This document shows, in pieces, positions 36,357-41,780 of a DNA stretch of 41,780 bases. The translations under genes were made by a program, and so were the position numbers. How positions within the stretch are numbered: the first letter of the stretch is position 1; every line of letters begins with the position of its first letter. This stretch comes from a virus (lineage: Duplodnaviria > Caudoviricetes): positions 1-41,780 of the IMG/VR virus record IMGVR_UViG_3300049044_000117. One strand, written 5' to 3'. The notes beneath the pieces are model-generated. The model saw only the letters and a list, made by a program, of their open reading frames with translations. It was not told the origin of the DNA and did no database searches.

Positions 36357-38104
36357 TAGACTGAAGCAATTAAAAACCACTTAGATGTGCCGTCCCAATA
36401 ATATACCCTAGCACCACCATTTGTATTAATAAGAGCGTTTCCTTCCAGTGTTTGCCCTGCTAAGGCGGCAATTGTTATGTTATTTGTTCCAGCGGCGTTA
36501 CTTTCATCTACAACAGGCATTATTTTACCCCCATTGCATCCAGTTCCATCTAGAGTGATTGTGCGAGGAGATGCGGTACTGGTTACAGCTATAGACCGAT
36601 CTGTTGAAACGGTTTGATAATTAGCTGTCACCGCCGTTCTTGCGTCTATTGCGTCAAAAATATCAACAACGTCTTCTGCCCGTGGATCGGACGTTGATCC
36701 AGATATGTTTCCAATTACTTTATTATTGGCTAGTTGCGCCATTTTTGCCAATGTAACTGCATTCGCAACCAAGTGACCTGTTCCAACCGCCAAGGCAGCT
36801 ATGTAATTCGCTGTTAGCTGAATAAAAGCCAGCGTATTGGCTGCTGTCCTAACAAATACTCTTTCTGCTACAGATGCAGCGACCGCAGTTGGTTTTCCCG
36901 TAGCATTGGTCGAATTTGCCAATACAGTCAATGCTGCCTGATCTGCCATTTCTGTCAAAGCAAGATCACCGCTGGTTACATCTTTGTTAGAATCCAGCTT
37001 TAGAATTTTACCTGCATTTGCATGAGAATGCCGGGGTGCTACAGAAAAAATCTGTTGACCTGACCAGGTATTTGTCTGGGTTTTGACATAAGTCCACCAG
37101 GTCCAAAGTTTCGCAACGACCAAAACCAACCTAGCCCCTGTTCCTCCAACTGAAGTGTTTGCCTGAACTTCGGCATCTGTAGCTTCTTCAAATTTTCCAG
37201 CTGCTGTTTCTGATCCATCCGGAACATTGCCACCCTTCTCAGTAAAAACAAGAGAAGTAGTCCCAAGTGTGATTGTATCCGTAACGAGAACAAAATCCTT
37301 ATCCGCGTTTGCCGTACCCTCAGATACAGGAACAGTAGCATTCTTTATTTTTGCTGCCGTATTCGCGTCCGTAGATCTGCTCCACGCTCCGGAGGCAGCT
37401 ACATAAATTCCGTTCTGGTTTCCTGTGGTTTGGTTCTTGACTAAAACCCTATCACCTGCAACAATTGATACTCCATCAATTGTCTGAGCGCCCGAAAGGG
37501 TAATGTTTGCAGTAGTTGCTGCTCTTACTTCATCCTTCCATTTCAAACCCTGTGTTGCCGAATCTACATAAGAAGTATCGGCCTTTGCGTTCCAGGTTGC
37601 TTTTTCAGTTGAAGAAACAGCCTGATCAATCGCAGCTACTTTGGCCTGGTCTGTGTTGGTGTAGTCGTTTGTAGAAAGGCCTTTGCCCGTTACTTTATCT
37701 ACTTTGCTAGCGAGATCTGTATCGTCAGCTATTGTTCCATTACGATCCTGATAAGTGTAAGTGCGAGCTGCAGTATTTGAATTGGTGAACCAGGAAAGAA
37801 TATTCCCAGCCACATTTTTAAAATTTATCTTAAAAAGAGTTAATCCGACATATCCGCCAGATGCATCTTTTTCTGAAGTGCTTTGTTTTCCCGTTACGTC
37901 TGGAGAAAATGCCTTTATTGTATTTCCCTGCCTGTAGTACCAGATATCATCCGTTTCATTATAGGCCCATTCGCATTTATGCAAATCAGTTGATAGAAAA
38001 CCGGGATCATTGGCCGTTAAAGTAGATGGACTGGGAATAGTTGGTTGTACGCCTACTCCTGTCAATCTTAGATGTTGTACCCTCGTACCTTGTAAAACTC
38101 CCAT
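36356..38104 (-). CDS. Fibre-like structural protein
   Basis: KVDKVTGKGLSTNDYT and VRAATTANITLSGAQTIDGV...RVLVKNQ...NGIY modules. Thr/Ala-rich. Confidence 0.8.
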   Translation of the reverse strand: MGVLQGTRVQHLRLTGVGVQPTIPSPSTLTANDPGFLSTDLHKCEWAYNETDDIWYYRQGNTIKAFSPDVTGKQSTSEKDASGGYVGLTLFKINFKNVAGNILSWFTNSNTAARTYTYQDRNGTIADDTDLASKVDKVTGKGLSTNDYTNTDQAKVAAIDQAVSSTEKATWNAKADTSYVDSATQGLKWKDEVRAATTANITLSGAQTIDGVSIVAGDRVLVKNQTTGNQNGIYVAASGAWSRSTDANTAAKIKNATVPVSEGTANADKDFVLVTDTITLGTTSLVFTEKGGNVPDGSETAAGKFEEATDAEVQANTSVGGTGARLVLVVAKLWTWWTYVKTQTNTWSGQQIFSVAPRHSHANAGKILKLDSNKDVTSGDLALTEMADQAALTVLANSTNATGKPTAVAASVAERVFVRTAANTLAFIQLTANYIAALAVGTGHLVANAVTLAKMAQLANNKVIGNISGSTSDPRAEDVVDIFDAIDARTAVTANYQTVSTDRSIAVTSTASPRTITLDGTGCNGGKIMPVVDESNAAGTNNITIAALAGQTLEGNALINTNGGARVYYWDGTSKWFLIASV

Positions 38105-38736
38105 TATGTTAAAACCTCCTGGTTTGCTGAAATTAGTGTGATATAAAATTCACCTCCTGATTCCACTGTATCAATGACATTGCCTGCACCATCCCGGATT
38201 GTCACAGGTTCGCAGGTCAAGGGTGGATCTGTAACGATTACAGTATCATAAGTCTCAATTATCCCTTCATAGAAAAATGAAGGTTTGGTTGATTCACCTT
38301 TGAAGGCAATCTTGTAGGAGTTTCTTCCGGTGTAGTTATTGTCAGTGTCTAGCTCAGTTGCATCCAGAGTAAGGAAATTCTCCAGGTTGCCTACTAGCTT
38401 GTAATGATCATTGCGGTCTTTATAGATGCAGATGAAATGTCGTTCAGACATTTCGAGGAGTAGGCTAGCCAGTTCAGGCTGATCCTTGGCTATCGTGCCC
38501 GTGATCTTTTGCTTATAGACTGTACCGTTTTTATTGGTATCCTTTGATTCATTGAAGTTGAGGGAATCAAGTACGAACTTTGCTATATAAAATTTTTTAT
38601 CAGTGTCGAGCTCAAGATTATCCGATATCACATTTTTAAGAGCATCGGGTATAGAGAGCAGATCTTCTTTAGGAATGAAATATAATTCTTCCAGTCCGCC
38701 CAAATTATCCCCAACTTCGAAGTCTATATTTTGCAT
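38104..38736 (-). CDS. Tail-tube-like paralogous structural protein
   Basis: DNLGGL...YKDRNDHYKLVG...F.GES..P.FY resembles the layout of 31095..31697. Confidence 0.55.
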   Translation of the reverse strand: MQNIDFEVGDNLGGLEELYFIPKEDLLSIPDALKNVISDNLELDTDKKFYIAKFVLDSLNFNESKDTNKNGTVYKQKITGTIAKDQPELASLLLEMSERHFICIYKDRNDHYKLVGNLENFLTLDATELDTDNNYTGRNSYKIAFKGESTKPSFFYEGIIETYDTVIVTDPPLTCEPVTIRDGAGNVIDTVESGGEFYITLISANQEVLT

Positions 38737-38738
38737 TC

Positions 38739-39233
38739 TTAAGCGGCTCTTTTAGAAGTGAAATTCACGGGACAATTTCCGGAAACATTTTTTTGATTTT
38801 TTTCGATTTCGTATCGATAGTATGACTTCTTCAAAGTCTCGAATTTGATATCATCTTCTCCCAGGTCATACTTATCCATGAAAGCATCAATTGCATTTTT
38901 GGTGCGCACCCCTTCCTCGATCTTCGAATCAACAAAATCGAAAAACTCATGCTTGATCAGGTAGTCGATGAAGAAATTGAAGTGCCTGATGTTTTCTTCC
39001 GGAAGCACACAGCCTACGTTCCTTTTCAGGCTCATGCTAATCACAAACTTTACATTGGGGCCCTCTACTTTTTTGTATTTCTTGTGTGCGTATTCCTTGG
39101 AAGGCCTTTGCAACAGGGATAGGAAGGTAGAATGGATATGATCGTTCCTTTTGAATGTGATCGTGTCAGAAGAGTACTTATGAATAAGATACTTCATAAC
39201 GTATGGCTTTACCGGTATCGCGATCTCGATCAT
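38739..39233 (-). CDS. Putative DNA-binding/late regulator (paralog A)
   Basis: IPVKPYVMKYL N-terminus and C-terminal AIDAFMDKYDL..DDIKFETLKKSYYR. Confidence 0.55.
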   Translation of the reverse strand: MIEIAIPVKPYVMKYLIHKYSSDTITFKRNDHIHSTFLSLLQRPSKEYAHKKYKKVEGPNVKFVISMSLKRNVGCVLPEENIRHFNFFIDYLIKHEFFDFVDSKIEEGVRTKNAIDAFMDKYDLGEDDIKFETLKKSYYRYEIEKNQKNVSGNCPVNFTSKRAA

Positions 39234-39712
39234 GCTGCTTTCAGATAATTAGTTTCACTTATACCAAATGCCTGGCACCAGAATGGAACATGGAAAGAAG
39301 GGCAAGCCTTTTTATGATCCAGTTGGTTGTGGCCAACTACCTTGATACTCGGGTGAAATGCGATCGTCTTTTTTACATAAGCAACCAGGGCTTCATTCTG
39401 TTTCTGAGTCAAAGTGTTTTTTGGATTGAGGTGCGGGTCGCACCCTCCAGCATAAACCACGTGCCTGCAGATCGAATTCTTTCCTGCAACTCCGTTTGTG
39501 ATCTCCCATGGATCCACTTGGTCATTTTCATTGTAAGGCATCAGATTAAGAATGGTACCGTCCAACATGATCAGATCTGAATAGCCTACCTTTTGCCAGC
39601 CTCTTCCTATTGGAGGAGCTGCGGTATGCATTCGGATGATATCTTGTTTTGTGATATTGCGGCCCTCAGGAGTAGCGGTGCAATGAATGACTAAATAAGT
39701 GAGTTTTGACAT
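39230..39712 (-). CDS. N-acetylmuramoyl-L-alanine amidase endolysin (T7-lysozyme-like)
   Basis: VIHCTAT, GW..VGY, GHNQL and KACPSF zinc-ligand motifs. Confidence 0.92.
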   Translation of the reverse strand: MSKLTYLVIHCTATPEGRNITKQDIIRMHTAAPPIGRGWQKVGYSDLIMLDGTILNLMPYNENDQVDPWEITNGVAGKNSICRHVVYAGGCDPHLNPKNTLTQKQNEALVAYVKKTIAFHPSIKVVGHNQLDHKKACPSFHVPFWCQAFGISETNYLKAA

Positions 39713-39852
39713 CAGAATTTCAGAGGATTATCTGATGCGAATTAAATACATGACATCCGGACAAGCCTCGGACAATCAAGGCAGCGGCGGTGTAAGGAAA
39801 TGTAAATTATTTGAGGAGGAATATTGTAGGGAATATTACTCAGAAATCAACA

Positions 39853-40323
39853 TCAGGCCGATTGCTTCGATACTACCAGCATTGTAGTCTCTGTTTCCTG
39901 TTTTTTCAGATATCGCTCATACTTTTTCCTGCAGGTATCTATACTGATATCCTTCGGAGATATATGGTGCATTTGCATAAAGTCCACGATACTACCGACT
40001 AACATTACATCCGGATACCTTATCTGGATCTTCACGTGCGTGATCAGCTGCTGGTCGAAGTAGTTTTTGAAGAAGTGCCAGGCCTGATAGTGGTATTCCG
40101 GATTCTCGAATAGATCCGTCATACTTTGAGGAATCAGCATATCTATTGTAGTCCTGTCAATCCTCTCTTCCAGAAGATCAAAACCTATCTTTTCTGCCTT
40201 GAATTTCATCTTGCGGTACTCATAGACAGTAGTGATTTTGTGGATGTCTACAGGGTCGGCACCATGCATGCTTACAATGAGTTGCTTGATGTGACGAGGG
40301 ATCGGAAGTGTGATTTTCTTCAT
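39853..40323 (-). CDS. Putative DNA-binding/late regulator (paralog B)
   Basis: ITLPIPRHIKQLI N-terminus and SIVDFMQMHHI...DISIDTCRKKYERY. Likely start 40323. Confidence 0.55.
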   Translation of the reverse strand: MKKITLPIPRHIKQLIVSMHGADPVDIHKITTVYEYRKMKFKAEKIGFDLLEERIDRTTIDMLIPQSMTDLFENPEYHYQAWHFFKNYFDQQLITHVKIQIRYPDVMLVGSIVDFMQMHHISPKDISIDTCRKKYERYLKKQETETTMLVVSKQSA

Positions 40324-40565
40324 ACTAGAAGCAAACAAATTTTAGATATACAATATTACCTGTTTATCAGGTAATTGTAAATGACAGAGATCAGCAGTGA
40401 TCTGTAAGGTCTTATTGTTCCATAGACACAAAGATTTAATCCATTTTCCACAAGGTTGGACTGGGATCGATTTAAAGATATGTTGATGAAATGTGCATTT
40501 CAAGGATGAATGTCGATTTTTTGAGGATTTTTAAGCACACAAGAAATGCACAAGGTTTTGACAGG

Positions 40566-41063
40566 CTATATAATTATTCTTTCAAAGGATTTAATTGTTC
40601 TTGCATTGATCCTTCTTTTGAGTTCCTCCAGATCTCTGTTGAATTCATAACACCTCGAGCGATTCCAAATGATATAGTTGCTTTTGTTAATAAATACATC
40701 TCTTAGAGTATATTCTTCAAAAACCCGTTCAATAAGGCAATCGTGGTGCCATTCAATGAAAGGATGTTCTAGTTTGTCAATTGCAGACTTTGCATCGTCG
40801 AAGTCGTCAAAAACATAACTCCGATCGATCAACCTCGCTCCGAATGGGACAGGAGAATTCCAATCATAATGGGTATTATAATGGCATTTAAAGAAAGCTG
40901 TGACCCAAAAGAAGATGAACTTTTTTTCCAACTTATACTTTATCATGCCCTTGCCGTTCCCATCAATTGAGGTTACTTCAATGACTCTGAACTCAGGCTT
41001 TAAGACTTTAAACTTTAAAATGAAATTGTGCCAGGTGCGTGCTATTCTTTTTTTCATTCTCAT
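40566..41063 (-). CDS. Hypothetical protein
   Basis: Track ORF 40566..41231. A start at 41063 or 41057 removes the overlap with the upstream gene. Confidence 0.6.
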   Translation of the reverse strand: MRMKKRIARTWHNFILKFKVLKPEFRVIEVTSIDGNGKGMIKYKLEKKFIFFWVTAFFKCHYNTHYDWNSPVPFGARLIDRSYVFDDFDDAKSAIDKLEHPFIEWHHDCLIERVFEEYTLRDVFINKSNYIIWNRSRCYEFNRDLEELKRRINARTIKSFERIII

Positions 41064-41067
41064 CAAA

Positions 41068-41286
41068 TTATGGAGTCGACATGTATTCAGTTTGAAATGC
41101 ATCAAGGAAATCGCCTTTGTCTCGGGTAATGGTGACTTGAATCTGGAATACCTCTTTCGTTTCTTCTGACCAATGTTGAAAAGCACATTGTTTGACATGC
41201 ACATAGTCTGTTTCCTTAGTAAGTTCTTCAATCAGTTCAGCGGCGCTAATTTCTAAAAGCGCCTTTTCGTTGGGTGATAGTTTCAT
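41068..41286 (-). CDS. Hypothetical protein
   Basis: 72 aa, with a 4-bp overlap to the upstream gene. Confidence 0.65.
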   Translation of the reverse strand: MKLSPNEKALLEISAAELIEELTKETDYVHVKQCAFQHWSEETKEVFQIQVTITRDKGDFLDAFQTEYMSTP

Positions 41287-41588
41287 ATTGATTCCGAGCG
41301 TTTTTTATCCATGATTTTTTGAAATGCTGGCTTGATCGAATCCGCTTCCCGAATGAAGGCGCCTACCATCTCCAGGTATTTGTCTTCCTCGATCGGCGTA
41401 AGCGCCTCCAGGTATTCCTTCATGCGGTTTTTGTCGGTGATGGTGCTCTGCCCTTTGCCAATCTCATAGCCTCCAGTAAAATGGAGGATCTTGAAGTAAT
41501 AGAACTTTTCAGTATTGATCATTTTGAGGTAGATATTTCCAGCTTCCTGGAAGAAGTATTTGGGATAGGTTTCGGTTTGATTTTCCAT
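41283..41588 (-). CDS. Hypothetical protein
   Basis: 101 aa ORF immediately past the origin-like repeats. Confidence 0.7.
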   Translation of the reverse strand: MENQTETYPKYFFQEAGNIYLKMINTEKFYYFKILHFTGGYEIGKGQSTITDKNRMKEYLEALTPIEEDKYLEMVGAFIREADSIKPAFQKIMDKKRSESI

Positions 41589-41640
41589 TGATATAAGAGG
41601 TTTAGAAAAATATTTTTTTTACTGGGGAAACAGTGTTTTT

Positions 41641-41780
41641 GAGTTCGGATTTGTCGGATGTTCGGATTTTTTACTTCAAGTACCTGATAATCTTAGTTTT
41701 GATCATCCGACCGAGTTCGGATTTTGGCCATTTTACTCCGAACTCATCCGAACACCCCCCAGTTCGGATGAGTTCGGATG
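41641..41780. repeat. TCCGAAC/GTTCGGA iteron cluster (putative replication origin)
   Basis: About nine exact or near copies in both orientations, including a perfect 17-bp inverted repeat at 41737-41753 / 41762-41778. Confidence 0.85.

Larger units (their letters stand above)
1..41780. mobile_element. Complete or near-complete temperate phage genome (Bacteroidota host, siphovirus-like), apparently the circular/excised form
   Basis: Integrase, repressor/Cro switch, primase, terminases, portal, protease, capsid, tail, tape measure and lysis genes are all present with no host housekeeping genes. attP is internal and has arm repeats on both sides. The same repeat cluster and strand continue across the window ends. 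SprB repeats and TTTG promoter elements point to Bacteroidota. Confidence 0.93.

Noticed and set aside
35514-38104. Diversity-generating retroelement target, as in some Bacteroides phages of similar size
   Set aside because: No reverse transcriptase ORF and no template/variable repeat pair were seen.
41641-41780. CRISPR array or terminal inverted repeats of a transposon
   Set aside because: The units are 7-10 bp in mixed orientation with no unique 30-40 bp spacers, and there is no cas or DDE transposase gene.
1-41780. Stop-codon reassignment, and an apparent excess of GATC/TCGA/CCGG sites
   Set aside because: Standard-code ORFs are full length and densely packed with all three stops in use. 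The palindrome excess is only an impression that I could not quantify without counting.

Overview
The window looks like one complete, circularly permuted temperate siphovirus-like phage genome of a Bacteroidota host, in its excised (attP-intact) form. It contains no recognisable host genes. A TCCGAAC iteron cluster is split across the two ends, and the minus-strand gene run continues across the join. The early module (minus strand) has a DnaG primase/SF3-like helicase fusion, an HNH protein, an ASCH-like protein and a Cro-like gene. The lysogeny arm (plus strand) has a repressor, a YebY-like lipoprotein, a trypsin-like protease with an unknown partner, an attP resembling a tRNA-Leu 3' end, and a tyrosine integrase. 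The late region (minus strand) has an amidase endolysin, fibre genes, S49 protease/scaffold, major capsid, tail tube, terminases, portal, holin/u-spanin, tail proteins and tape measure. The most notable finding is a single polypeptide carrying three glycosyltransferase domains (GT11 + GT7/GT2-like + GT25), next to a SAM methyltransferase and behind a recurring late-promoter motif. The capsid and tail tube share a C-terminal TGSG/acidic tail, which suggests a virion glycosylation system. Other highlights are a membrane-type leader on the capsid protein, SprB adhesin repeats in a tail protein, a stand-alone copy of the primase C-terminal domain, and a candidate protease-plus-effector defence pair. 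All calls come from motifs read by eye; no database searches were run.
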